A stretch of DNA of 64,000 nt. Source: Felis catus (taxonomy: Eukaryota). The position numbers and the translations under genes are program-made. A model generated the notes under the pieces. It was not told where the DNA came from and made no database searches. It saw nothing but the letters and a program-made list of their open reading frames with translations. How positions within the stretch are numbered: the stretch's first letter is position 1; the number at the start of each line of letters is the position of its first letter. This document shows, piece after piece, positions 26,158 through 39,090 of this stretch. The stretch is taken from the NCBI RefSeq assembly GCF_018350175.1, contig NC_058368.1, forward strand, positions 232,750,001-232,814,000, written 5' to 3'.

Positions 26158-26384
26158 TAGACTTTTTTTTATTCTTGAAATGAATTAATGAATTTACTCA
26201 GAGTTAGCATGACTAAGATGATCTATTTTAAACAATCAGAAATAAGTAAGTAGTTATAATAAAGCTTTGGAAAGAGCTAGGTTTTTTTATTTTTTTATTT
26301 TTTAATTATTTACAATCTCTATGCCTCCAAGTCATTTCAGGCTATTCATTAAAGGTCAGCTGAATGATGAGAGATGAAAAAAAT

Positions 26385-26564
26385 ACTTTTGGAGAGAGAG
26401 AGAGGCCACGAGCTGGGGAGAGGGGGAGAGAGAGAGAGAATCCCAAGCATGCTTCACCATGCTCCACACTGAGCCCAACACAGGGCTTGATCCCATGAGC
26501 CAGGGACCTGAGTCAGAATCAAGAACTGAACACTTAACCACCTGAGCCACCCAGGTGCCACCCC
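26385..26564 (-). mobile_element. CAN-SINE (older type)
   Basis: Reverse copy with GAATCCCAAGCA diagnostic. Confidence 0.88.
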
Positions 26565-26580
26565 AAGAGATGAAACATTT

Positions 26581-26808
26581 TATTTTTTTATTTAAAATTT
26601 GTTTTTAAGTTTATTTATTTGAGAGAGAGACAGAGACAGTATGAGTGGGGGAGGGACCGAGAGAGGGAGACAGAGAGAGAATCCCAAGCAGGATCTGCAC
26701 TGTCTGCAAAGAGCCCTATGTAGGGTTTGAACTCATGAAATCGGGAGACCAGGACCTGAGCTGAAACCAAGAGTCAGACGTTTAACCAATTGAGCCGCCC
26801 AGGAGCCC
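26581..26808 (-). mobile_element. CAN-SINE
   Basis: Reverse copy; TSD GAGATGAAA(C/A)ATTT. Confidence 0.92.
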
Positions 26809-27887
26809 TGAGATGAAAAATTTTAAAACAAGACATTGAGATGGATGAATCTTGTTTAGCACAATGTGCTTTTGCAAGCTCAGTGTGAATTTGCTGTGAA
26901 TTCCATTGATCCAGTACCCTATAGGTCAATACGTGAGCTATTAGCTTCCATGCCTTTAAAAATTTCTTTTAGGTCTTAGCTTAAGTAAATCATAATTCAA
27001 GAACTCCATCTGCCAGCTTTCTAACAAAGACTTGATTCTACAGGTCAGAAATGATCAATGGTAGAGCTTGAGGTTACATTTGCTAACTGGTCTTCCCAAA
27101 TTGCTGTATTTCTGTTCCCAGAACATCATTCTCAAAAGAAGGAAAAAAAAAATTTACTTTTTCTCTCTTGCTTTCGATGCGATATTAAAAGTCCCCCAGA
27201 TGGTTCAAATGGTCAGGACGGGACATCACTGTCCGGTGGGGTTGACCATCAGATATTGCCTAGGAAGGGCCCTGGGGTTGCCAGGGGAGCGCAAATCAGG
27301 CTCAGAGACCTACTTGTCATCGTTTCGCTCAAGTCTGGTTCGCTGCACCATCAAAGGGCAGTGGTTCCGAAAGTGGACTTAAGACGAATCAGAAGCCCTC
27401 AGGTGAAATGAGTGGTGTTTCCCAATTAGGATTCAGCCATAGAACATGCTTTTCAAAAAAGGCAAAAGAAAAAAAAAAAGAGTGTTGTGTTCCCAGATTT
27501 ACAAACAGCAAGTGTCTTACGTCTAGTTTAAACAGAAAGGAAAAGGAAAAGAAATTCGTGTGGATTTAGTGTTTGTAATATCTCTATGCACAATGTAAGG
27601 GCGTATATACGTATACAGTGATTCTGCGTTAATATTAGCTGTGAGGGGTCAACTGTATGCACGTATAGTAAACACACATAGTGTCTTAAGGACTACAGAT
27701 ATTTTAAAAGATTGGTGTTATCACTATTCATTATCACCTATGAACAGGGCATATTGCTACAGTTAATACACGTACACTCTTATTTGCCAAACATCTAGAA
27801 ACAAATCATCATCTGGACATAGGGGTTTGAATGTCACATAATGCCCTTCTGGTCTGGCCTTTGCCTATTTCTGACTATTTAAAACAT

Positions 27888-28091
27888 GTTTTAATGTTTA
27901 TTTATTTTTGAGAGAGAGAGACAAAGCTGAGTGGGGGAGGGGCAGAGAGAGAGGGAGACACAGAATCCGAAGCAGGCTCCGGGCTCCGAGCTGTCAGCGC
28001 AGAGCCCGACGTGGGGCTCAAACTCACGAACTGTGAGATCGTGACCCAAGCCTACGTTGGACTCCTAACTGACTGAGCTACCCAGGCCCCC
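27888..28091 (-). mobile_element. CAN-SINE
   Basis: Reverse copy; TSD core GACTATT. Confidence 0.93.
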
Positions 28092-30185
28092 TAAGACTAT
28101 TAACCCTTATGCAGCCTCTCTTCCTTCCTTCTTGCTGTCTGCTGAATGTGGCAAGTTCCTTCTCTATGGAATCCGTTGCTCCCGCCTGTCCCCGGTGCTC
28201 CCCTCTACTTGACCAGTGCCCTGTAGCTTTATTGCCTGTTTTTCTTCCCTGACCCTGTGCACCATCTCCCACGTACCCTTTCCTGGGCCCACACACTGCT
28301 CTGCTTCTCTGGACTTCAAGGTCCCTAGACTATTAAGGTCAACAATGCATATACCATCGCTGTATCCTCACCCCCTGCACTAGTATAGACCTGGGACCCC
28401 CATCCCTAGCTGACTTGTGGAATGGACGAGTGAATTCACAACTGTTGATGAAGGGCCACGATGCGCTTCAAACAGAACGGGATTGCCATCACACCAGCTC
28501 TGGCCCCTGGAAGAAAAAGTGACAGGTGTACCAGCACTTTATTCTCCCACCTTTTCATCAGAGCAGAAGACAACCAAGAGCCTGGCAACAAAACCAATTT
28601 TAAGCCTCTTACTGCAGATCTAAATTAAACCTCATCTCTTTATCAGAAATGATCTCTGATAAATGTGTTCCAAAGCGAAATCGCAACACTAAAGCAGGGC
28701 TTCCGGAAGGACAGATTTGTATATCACGTTCCTGAGAGGTAGTTTGGAGCTGAAATGGGTTTGTAGCCATTTTTCTATTATTTTTAAGGGGCCAAAGCCC
28801 TCGATAACATCTCTCAGAAGTTCGAGTGCAGAGTGGCTCAGAGTTGATACAGCATTCAGATTTCTTTTTCTGTTGAGATTCTATGGGAAAATCAGAACCA
28901 GATGGTTCTATGAAGGTAAGAGAGTTCCAAACAGCCATATTCTTCTAAGAGTATATTCACTAGGATTTATTAGGACCCAGGTATTTTGAAAGCCAAATGA
29001 CAGATAATTGAATTCTCTGGATAAAGTATTTCTTCCTAAACGTTCCTAGCTGACTACGCATTTCAGAACAACCTCCTCTTTGAATCGATGATATGTGAAA
29101 TTCAAACCTAAGAGAAACAGATGATTTTTATTTAGTATTTTAATAGTGCACATTAGGGGCTAGTGCCAGACATATTTCCAGAAATTTCCATCTCTGGAGG
29201 ACTTAGGCTCACCATGGGGTGAGTAGTTTTTCCTTAAGTAGTTTCCATCTGACAGCCTCTGAGTGGTCAGCATCTGCTTTAATGATTGAGCCTGCCTTAA
29301 GATGTTGAAAAGCGGACGCAGTTCTTTAAAATTGAATCCAGAGAAGGAGCTATCAAGCTATTCACTTCGGCGGAAAGAAACAGAAAGAAAACAAATCTGG
29401 TACAGAATCAAGGAAGATAGTCTCTCACTGTGCTCAATGACTGTGCTCGCTTTGCTAAGACTTCCTAAAATAATGACTTGTAAGATTTCTCTCCCTTCCA
29501 TTCTGGGAGAGACGAACTCCCTGGCTAACACATCCTAACACGTCCAGGTTGCCTGTCAGGGAACATTGTCATTTCTGGTTCCAGATTAGGAATCGCCCTT
29601 ATCCTGAAGGTGCACACAGACGACTTTCGTTGGGATTTCACGCGAAACAGAGAAGGGGGATATATTTGCCAAAACAAAACAAAACAAAACAAAACAAAAC
29701 ATTTGGGCTTCTTTGTTTTGTCTTTTTTTTTTTAGTATTATTATTACCGCCACTGAGAACAAGTGGGGACATTGTGTTACATGGAAGGAAAAAGTTAACA
29801 AATTAAAAAAATAAGTACATAAAATCGTTCATATTTAACTCATTCCATGTGAGCGTCTCAGAAACAGAGAGAAGGAACACATCTTGCCACCCGTGGCCAC
29901 TAGGTATCGGGACAAGTCATGGCCACACGTGCACAGTCTCAGGGTGGGATACACATGTTTACTGATCGTCACTCTCTTCGGCCCTGTCACATGAGCGTGA
30001 GGGATAACGAAGGTCACCACTCCAGGAGTCAGGGACCCAGTACTCGAACTCCCGCCTCCCTCATTACCCAGGTTTGTGGCAGGCGATTTCTGTGGGGATT
30101 GTGTAATTGTATGTGGTGGTGGTGGTGGGGGGGGGGAATCATTATTGTTAATGTCGGGAAACCGTAATTAAAAACAAAATCTCTC

Positions 30186-30397
30186 GGACACCTGGGTGTC
30201 TCAGTTGGTTGAGCGCTTGACTTTGGCTCAGGTCATGATCTCACAGTTTGTGAGTTTGAGCCCTGCATCAGGCTCTGTGCTGACAGCTTGGAGCCTGGAG
30301 CCTGCTTCAGATTCTGTGTCTTCCTCTCTCTCTGCTCCTCCCCTGCTCACGCTCTGTCTCTGTCTCTCTCTCTCAAAATAAATAAACATTAAAAAAT
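30186..30397 (+). mobile_element. CAN-SINE
   Basis: Head, (CT)n and A tail. Confidence 0.93.
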
Positions 30398-30409
30398 AAA
30401 TCTTCCAAC

Positions 30410-31048
30410 CTATACAAAAACCGTCTTCTTAAAGGTCGTAGAAGGAAAAGTTTTATTACTGAATTACTGTTAAACCACAATACGATGTACATCACAGGTA
30501 ATCTGCTAAGAGGTTGCAAAGAAAGAATGTCACCCTTTCATATAACCAAGCAGACACAGGCAACGACATACTTGTTCTCAAGATAAACAACTAGTCCTCA
30601 AGTGCACAGTACTATTTGTCACACATAACTCATCCTAAATATACTCGGTACTGGGGGTGACCACAGCTGTTACTTAATTGGCTTTATCCAGAGGAAAAAA
30701 TCAAGTTTTCATTTCCTTATGACAGGAGCCGGTTTTGCAACTTGGGGTGAGGTGCTCATCAATTTGGTTCCTACCCCAGCTCTGAATCTGGGAGGTAGAC
30801 ACGTCTCTTCCTAGACAATTGCATCCAAGAGGTGGTTCCCAGGTCCTTGAGAAAGTCCAGGGTCAGAAAGCTGGTAAGAAACTTACTTAGATTCTCAAAA
30901 GATTTACGTGCCTTTCCAAGAGACAAAGATAGGACTTGCAGTTATATGATTTCTTAAGTAATTGATCTAAGAAAATAAGGGGAGACGTCTCCTTGTTTCC
31001 AAGAAGGAGAATTAAACTTCTTAATTTTCATTTGGATCACCCTTACAT
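30410..31048 (-). mobile_element. Probable ERV1-class solo LTR
   Basis: Reverse polyA signal (TTTTATT) near 30451, LTR-like composition, ends ...CCCTTACA. Family not pinned down. Confidence 0.45.
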
Positions 31049-31130
31049 TAAGGAAGGAGTAGGGACAATTTGACAAACATATTTCAAGGATGTTTCAAAG
31101 TTAGAATGGAATCAAAATTTTTTAATGTTT

Positions 31131-31347
31131 TTTTTTTTAATTTTTTTAACGTTTATTTATTTTTGAAACAGAGAGAGACAGAGCATGAACGGGGGAGGGT
31201 CAGAGAGAGGGAGACACAGAATTTGAAACAGGCTCCAGGCTCTGAGCTGTCAGCACAGAGCCCGACGCGGGGCTTGAACTCACAGACTGTGAGATCATGA
31301 CCTGAGCTGAAGTCAGACGCCCAACCGACTGAGCACCCAGGCACCCC
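31131..31347 (-). mobile_element. CAN-SINE nested in the tail of the adjacent SINE
   Basis: TSD TTTAATGTTT (31121-31130 / 31348-31357). Confidence 0.93.
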
Positions 31348-31560
31348 TTTAATGTTTATTTTTGAGAGAGAGAGAGAGAGAGGGAGAGAAAGCATGAGCT
31401 GGGGAGGGGCAGAGAGAGAGGGAGACACAGAATCTGAAGCAGGCTCCAGGCTCCGAGCTGTCAGCACAGAGCCTGACACAGGGGCACGGACTTGTGAACC
31501 TCGACATCATAACCTGAGCTCAAGTCAGACACTTAACCAACTGAACCACTCAGGTGCCCC
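31348..31560 (-). mobile_element. CAN-SINE
   Basis: Reverse copy ending CAGGTGCCCC. Confidence 0.93.
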
Positions 31561-31863
31561 AGAATGAAATTTTTTATATATGTAATATGTGTAAGATACA
31601 CTGTTTTCTCTTGTAGAAGTTTCAAAAATAAATACTGTATAATTTATTTGTTTCCAGAATCTAAAAATAACTATAATGGTTCATCCCAAAGTAGAGTAGG
31701 AATCTAAATGGTCTCATGCCATATTTGTTGGGGCCATTCTTTGAAACAGCCATTTGTATATGACCAATAGAATATTATACTATAAAAAGAACACTTAAAC
31801 CGTTCTTCTGTGAAGCAGATACAAAGCTAGCTATAATTCAAGCTTGAAACCATGCAGCAGAAT

Positions 31864-31954
31864 TTAGGCTCAGGATAAGGGTTTGGGTTCGGATTAGGGG
31901 TTAGGCGTTAGGGGTTAAGTGTTAGGGTAAGGGTTTGGGCTTGGGTTAGGGTTA
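31864..31954 (+). repeat. Degenerate (TTAGGG)n tract
   Basis: About 14 hexamer/heptamer units, 4 exact TTAGGG, the rest variants (TAAGGG, TTTGGG, TTAGGC, CTTGGG). Confidence 0.8.
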
Positions 31955-32810
31955 CATAAACTCCCAAGTTTAGGTGATCCATGAAAGTGTCTGAATAACA
32001 GAGAACTCGGTACATTTCATGCCTACTCTTCCATTTTTGTCGTGAATACGTATTCCCTCCTGGCCTTTTGAGATGAACCACTGGAAGGTTTGATTAATTA
32101 TTCAGAAAGCCAGACATGCCCTTTGCCTGTTATCTTTATGAAATGCAAATTACAGATTCAGAAAAAATAAATGGTGACTGGACACAAAGTTTGGAACAAT
32201 GGAGGGGCCTTAAAAGTCAGGACATCCAGGAAGAATGGAGATGGGGAGGAATTTTTCCTTTAAAATTAAACTTTCTCAATGCTAAGCCCCTTATGGAACT
32301 TTTTTTTTTTGGTCTTCATTTGAAAGAGTAATTTCTTAATCAATAGCACTTGCATGAAAGCAGCTTTGAGCTTTCAGAAGAGAACAGAACTGTTTCAAAG
32401 CAGGGCCCTGCTGCTCAGAAATACAATATTGCCTCATTAAAATGAGAATCTCCAGCTGGGCAGGGGTGATAGCCAAGGTCATAAAGAAGAGACAGCATTC
32501 ATTAAGATTTTCTCACTAAATACTCATCTTCAAATCATACTTTAAAAATCTTATCCAAATTGTGAACCTAGGATCATCTACTCTTTAAAACCTAAAGGTT
32601 CACTTTATCTTGTCTGGGTCTGAACTAGATGCCCATACTTTGTTCCTCTCCCAAAGGTGGGGTGGATTTGTGACTTTCAGAAAATAGTGGGAGGTATTGA
32701 GATTGCAGAGGGTCTGGGTGTAAACCTATGGAGTTCAATTCTTATGTCATAACAAAGCTTTTTGTTTTTTGAAGTTTAAATCTCAGTATACACGTAATTA
32801 AGAAAATTTC

Positions 32811-32900
32811 ATGTAAGCGATGAATCATGGGAATCTACCCCCAAAACCAAGAGCACACTGTATACGCAGTATGTTAGCCAACTTGACAATAAATTACATG
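32811..32900 (+). mobile_element. Felid-type L1 extreme 3' end
   Basis: GATGAATCATGGGAATCTACCCCCAAAACCAAGAGCACACTGTATAC ... AACTTGACAATAAATTA. Confidence 0.8.
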
Positions 32901-32999
32901 AAACATAATCATAATAACAAAATAAAGTAAGAACGTCAATGAAAACACTGGTAAAAGACAAATATTAATATTCAGGAATATTTTTACAATAGATATTCC

Positions 33000-33178
33000 T
33001 GTTATAAAATAAATAAGTCATGAGGATGAAAAGTACAGCAGAGGGAATACGGTGAATAATGTTGTACTAACTTTGTACGGTGAGAGACAATAACTACACG
33101 GTATTTTGTAATATATACAAATGTCAAGCCGCCACGTTATGAATTGGAAACTATTATAATATTGTACGTCACCTAAAA
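33000..33178 (+). mobile_element. Older L1 3' end (L1MA9/Carnivora-like)
   Basis: GTTATAAAATAAATAAGTCATGAGGATGAAAAGTACAGCA ... AACTATTATAATATTGTACGTCA. Confidence 0.75.
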
Positions 33179-34399
33179 ATTTCAAAGAAATACAAAAGGA
33201 CAAAGCAAGAAAAAATTCATGGGGTAGAATTCATGTATTATAACTTTTGTACTCTTTATATTTACATAAACATATGTTTAACCGTCCATAGCAAAAGATA
33301 TTTTTTCCAGAATTAAAGTGCATTTTAAAATATGATTCTTCTATATTCACTTCTGTGAGTATCAGTACAGATTAATTAGCCTTAACAAAACAAAACATTT
33401 CCATGCCTCTGTGACAGAGTAAGTAATGACCAGAGCAGATACTGTGCACTCAATACCACCATCTGTCAATTCCACAAAAGAGTGCGCAAACACCACTTCC
33501 CTCCAAAATACTTTGAAAAAAACAAACAAACATGATCACTTGTTGAAAACACACACAATGCCTACAAATGTGTCTATTTCCTCAAAGCACTAAATATGTT
33601 AGTGTTGCATTGGATTTTGCTTCCCGGGACCTGAAGACAAATTGCGTCATTTTATGCCTTAAATCTTTGTAAAAATAAATAAATGTTTTCAAGTGTCTTT
33701 ACCAACGGAAGGTAGAACAGTGCCTGGCATGAAGTGACTGTCCAGTTAAAGCACAGTGACACCCGAGGAAGCGAAGGTTTTATGGAACGTTCTTCGCGAG
33801 GTGTGTGCGAAATGTCAGCATCTCAAGTGTTAGCTGTAGAGTTGCCAGTTTTCTCAGCTGAAATACAAAATACAGATCAAGTAAATATTGAAGAGAGGCA
33901 AGTCTCCAATGTTGAGAGGCTTAATATGTACTATTCAACTTTTCTAGTCTTCCTTCTGGTTGTTGTGTTACTCATTAGCCTTTCTCCCTACTGCAGAGTA
34001 GTAAAGGGGAAAAAAATGAAAAATCTAATGATTTTTTTCTTCCCTCAGGGCTTTGGTAAAGTGTTTTTCCAGTCACTGCAACCATAGAATAGAGCACCAC
34101 GGAAGATTTTTTTTTCCCCCTCTCAGGTCACTTTCCTTATTTATAATTTTGCTTTTTATTTATTTGCCATAGCAGGTAGTAAATTTAGGTGGACAAAATT
34201 GATAAGGTTTACGGGATGCGGTGAAAAACTGCCCGTCCACTCTTACCTCCCAGTCTTGACATTCCTCTCCCTGAAGACAACCTATGGTATTGGTTTCTCA
34301 CCTACCTTTCAAAGGTGTCCTCGAATGATTTTTGGCAGGATGTGGGTATGACTGTAACAGGGCTGCCGAGGCACTGAGTGAGGCTTTCTTAGTGGTGCC

Positions 34400-34560
34400 A
34401 GAAAAAAGGCTGAGGATTTATTTCACAAACGAGAATGCTGAAACCTACAGACTTGGAAAAATATTCCCGCCCGATGCCCCAGAAGGGGTGAGCATTTATC
34501 AGCCAGGATGTGAAAACAGGTCATGTGATTCCACGTGTGAGGCTCTCTCTTACCACTACC
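34400..34560 (-). mobile_element. MIR SINE
   Basis: ATTTCACAAACGAGAATGCTGAAACC ... AGCCAGGATGTGAAAACAGGTC ... CTTACCACTA. Confidence 0.55.
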
Positions 34561-36989
34561 TGAAACTGAATTAAGTTATTTCAAACTGATCCATATCTTA
34601 AACTTAATCACTACCGATACCTCTATCATTTGCTATTACCGTGAGTTATCAAGGTCAATTAGTAAAAGGGCGTGGAATTAAGTCTTTAATTTAAGTGTCG
34701 CAATTTACTGGGTAAGAAGGTTCTGTGACAGCGCATATATCTACCTATCCATGCTAAATGAATTTACTGTTTGCTCAAACATCTCTAGGAAGTCAGCAAA
34801 GAGAATAAAATTCAAACCTGCAACATTGCATTAAGGAAGACACTGTTATTTATGGGGTTTGCCAGTTATGTCTACGTGGCCACTTCATAATGGTCATGAT
34901 GATAAAAAACAAAGTATCCTCCCCAAATGCAAACATGGATGAGAAAGAAATATTTAAAAAAAAAAAACACTTTTTCTTTAGGATAAAAACAACCAGTGCT
35001 GTCACAAAACTAAATGAGACTATAACTGAAAGAAATAAAAGAAATTTGAAGAAAATTTTATGGCCTTAAGAAAATTTAGAAGAAAAATCTTAGCTCAGAC
35101 GGTAATCCACAAGAAAACAAAATGCTGGTATTTTATCCCTGGATGTGATCTTCTGGAACACACCGACACCAGAAGGCTGACTTCCCGGGAAGGATGCTCT
35201 TTTCCCATGCCTCGTGTTCCGTAGAAAGACCTGGAAGGCTGTGTTTGCCCAGGCTTCCTTCCTGCTACCACCCTGCTCTTTGTACATTTGGCATTCTCAA
35301 TACACGAATTCTTCTGGGCGGTTGCCATCCATCTACCCTGAGACTGGTGGAGGTAAGTACTAATTTCGCCGAAACACTGTCCTCCCAAACCCAAATCTTT
35401 CCTAAGCATGTCTGCTTCGCATCATTCTAAAAGACATCCGTAATAAATGTGCCAGCCATCCCTAAAACCCATGGAGCAGTATGAACACCGCAAGAAAAAA
35501 AGCCAAAGCCAGGAGATGCCTTTTAGTCACTGCTGTATGGCTGGAGTCCTGTCTAATGGTGAGAGAAAAGAGCCAAATCTCAGAGTTTTCATACTAGATG
35601 CATCATAGGGTGTTTGTGAGGAACAAGGGAGAGAATTCACAAAAACTGTTTAACAGAGGGCCTAGAATTTTAAGCAAAAATGTGTGTGAGTGTGCATCTT
35701 CTTTCTGGCATTAGTTTCGGACTTGGAATAAAAAGGACCGGAGAGTGTTCAAATCGTGCCTCAGACAGGAAGACAATCTTCTCCAAGAAGTCACGGTGGC
35801 TCACAAAACCTCAACCTGCAGTCACAGATGTACAGGAATCGGCAACGCGCTTAAAGAGAACTGTGTGCAATCACCAGCCGCATCAAAAAGTGATAGAGAA
35901 ACAGAATATACAGTAGTAGTATATGCAGGGTTCAAAGTCTCCATAATTATGAATATCATCCGATGCTAGGAAGCAAACAGCACAGCGTATCTCTCTAATG
36001 TTTCACCTTAAAGTCTTGACAAGGCTCACTCTCTTACTCTAACCTTCGCTCAAATGGCATCGACTCAGAGAACTCAGAAATCTCTCTTGACAATCCTATT
36101 GAAGACAAGCTCCAACTCATCACCCCCAGTTTCTCTCTCTCTCTCTCACCCATCTTTATATTATACACACAACTTGTTTACTCATTAACATGCTTTTCTC
36201 TCTAAGATGTAAATTTCAGGAAGTTGGGGACTTTGTGTTGTACTCTCCCCTCTATTTCCGTCGCACGTACGTTGGCAGGAAGCATCTTTATGGGTGTGTC
36301 TGCTGCCTGAGTGGATGAAGGAATGGATAGAGCAAAAAAAGTTCACGATCACCGGGGCAGACCCTGAAAGTAACCCAGGTTTATTTCCTATCTCTGCCAT
36401 TTACTGCTAAATAACCCAGGACAATGGTATACGATTAGTGCCAATCTCAAAGAGTTGCTTTGGGAGGGAGGATGCTCCATGAAACATCTTTAGCACAGTG
36501 TCTGGTACATGAGGATGTTCAGCAAATGTTCAGTTACTACGTCATAGGCAAGAACTAGGACAAATGTCCATTTCCAAACCAGTCTCTGGCAGCGATAGTT
36601 GGATTGCTAAAACTGACCCATACTGAGCAGAATGCACCCTGTCGTGAGAATCCTGGTCTTTTGCAGCACCTAGGGTGATTATTGTCACGACCAAAGACAG
36701 CATCTAACACCTGGTCAGGCTGCGCTTAGTTGGTGGTCAATACCAGAAGCATACTGCACCCGTGTTCTGTGCTATTTACAATTTTCTAGATATGTAACAA
36801 TGCAAATTATTAATAAGCAGTTTATTACATAATTTGATGTGTCGGCGATGGCCTTTCCAGCCAACCCTGTTGTTATATTAATGAAGGAGCATACATCATT
36901 GCAGGAAAGCAGGATCAGGTAACAGAAAGTCTCCTTCCTTGCTAAAAGATCTGTGCCCGAGATAAAATACAGTTTTAATGATTTGCTGG

Positions 36990-37490
36990 GTATATTAGCC
37001 AGGTACGTGCACAATGGCACTGTTGAACAAAGCACCCCAATTTCGGTGGCTTAAGAGACTTCTTTATTTTCACGTTCATGGATCCATGAGTTGTTCTCAC
37101 CTTGGCCATGGAAGACTGGACTCCAGGTTCTTGGTCCTAAGATCTAGGCTGAGGTAAGTAAGGTTCAACTTCACTGCCCACATCTCTGGTCTTCCTTGGA
37201 CCAGATTCTGCTCCTAGCCACTGGTCTGGGACATGACTCTCATTCTGGGGTCCAGGCTGAAGGGGCAATGGCTACCTAGGGTGTGTGTATTTTTCTCATG
37301 ACGGATCACTGGAACTCGAGAGGGCGAGGTTGACCACACAAGTATAATTGACCTCCATTGCATCAGCACTACTCCCAAAGCGCGTCACGTGGCCGAGCCC
37401 AAAGTCAAGGAGTGTGGAAGTGCACTTGACCTACTGTGAGGCCATTCTCCAGAGTAAAGAACTGGGACCAAAAGTTCAATCTATCCCACT
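36990..37490 (-). mobile_element. Old MLT1 LTR
   Basis: AACAAAGCACCCCAATTTCGGTGGCTTAAG ... GTCACGTGGCCGAGCCCAAAGTCAAGG, an MLT1H/J-like pattern. Confidence 0.6.
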
Positions 37491-37692
37491 AAACTTGCCA
37501 TAAGTAAAAGAGAAGTTCCCTGTCATGACCATTCCCATTTTTTGGGGGGAAAGGAAAAAAGTGAGCCTAAACTTTAGAAGAGTGAGTATGTGGGCGAGTG
37601 AACAAATGTAAAATGCAGTGTTTCCCTGACGGCCAATCCAGTATCACTGATGTTCTCAGAGGATAAAGTTCTGGACTCAAACTACATCTGTG

Positions 37693-37695
<3 letters not shown>

Positions 37696-37736
<41 letters not shown>

Positions 37737-37745
37737 TACACACAC
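37696..37745. repeat. (CA)n microsatellite
   Basis: Read directly. Confidence 0.95.
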
Positions 37746-38583
37746 CCCATTACAGAAGGAAATGGAATATTTATTTTAATACTTACAGGTTAAGTAGTCC
37801 AAAAACTAGACAAACTACAGATTTCAAAAACACACTTGATCTTTGAGTTAATAGGTATATACAGAACCATCCCTTGACTAATAGTGAATGAATATTCATA
37901 AACACACTTAAAACTTAAAAAAAGTTGACAGCTAGATTACATAAAATTTCAGAGAAGTGGTATTGTATATATACTATATTGTATATAGTAGACACTAAAA
38001 TATGCACTTCTAAATATTTACTGCATCCAGGAAAAAAATACTAATGCAAATTTAATTAACTCAACAGTAATAAAAATATCACAAATCAAAACTGGTGGAA
38101 AACACTACAAGGAATACTTAGAGGCAAATGTATAGTTGAAAATATTCCTGCTAGAAAAGAAAACGCTGATAATGAGTTAAGTGTAAGTCTCTAAGCTAGA
38201 TAAAAAACAAAAACAAGAACAAAAACAAAAACAAACAAACAAAAAAAACCCCAGAAGAATAAATCCAAAGAAAAGGAAAGATAATGAGGATTTGAGCAAA
38301 TAGCAATATAACAGGAAACAAAGACACCATAGAGAGGCTCAACAAAGCCCAAAGAAGTTTCTTTAAAAAGACTAAGGAAATGAACAGACTGTTGTAGACT
38401 AATTAGGAACAAATTTTTTAAAGGCCCAAATAAATAACATTAACTATGAAACATTTAATACAAAAGGAACACCATTTATATATAAAAGAGGAATTAGAAA
38501 GATAGTATATGAGTGCCATGAATAGTCGTATAACAGTAAACAAGAAACTGGATTGAATGGAAAAGTTTCTTGGAAGCTATTAC

Positions 38584-39090
38584 TGTTCTGGGGGCCCCAA
38601 GACCCCCTCAGGTCTGACAATTTGCTACAAGGACTCATAGGACTCAGCGCCTAGCCATATTCCTGGCGAGGGTTTATTTCGGCAAACTCAGCAGAGGGCG
38701 GGGCACAAGCTTCTAAGAGACCTCTCCCAGTGGAGCCACACAAGACACAGTTCATTACTCTAGGAATGGGCTGTGACATGAGTCAAGTGCTGTCCACCAG
38801 ACAGGCTCAGGAGAGACCCCGTGCCCAGGGTTTGCAAAGGCCGCTTGTCACATAAGCACTCTGCCCAGCGTGACCCAAATTCCAGCCTCCCAGAAGGAAA
38901 GCAGGTGTGCAACTGGAACCACACTGTTTCTACAAACAGCTGGGGCACAATGAGCCACTCCAAACAGTTTGGGGAATGAGGGAAACTCTCCCCAAATCCA
39001 TGTTCCCAGATGCAGGCCAAGGATCAGTCGGGCAAGCTAGCCTTTGTCAGGAAAGCAATCTCAAGACTGCGATGGCAACTTTTCTGCACA
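38584..39090. mobile_element. MER21-like solo LTR inserted into an L1
   Basis: TG...CA termini with a perfect 5-bp TSD ATTAC (38579-38583 / 39091-39095). Internal GGGGCCCCAAGACC and CTCCCAGAAGGAAAGCAGGTG resemble MER21. Confidence 0.8.
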
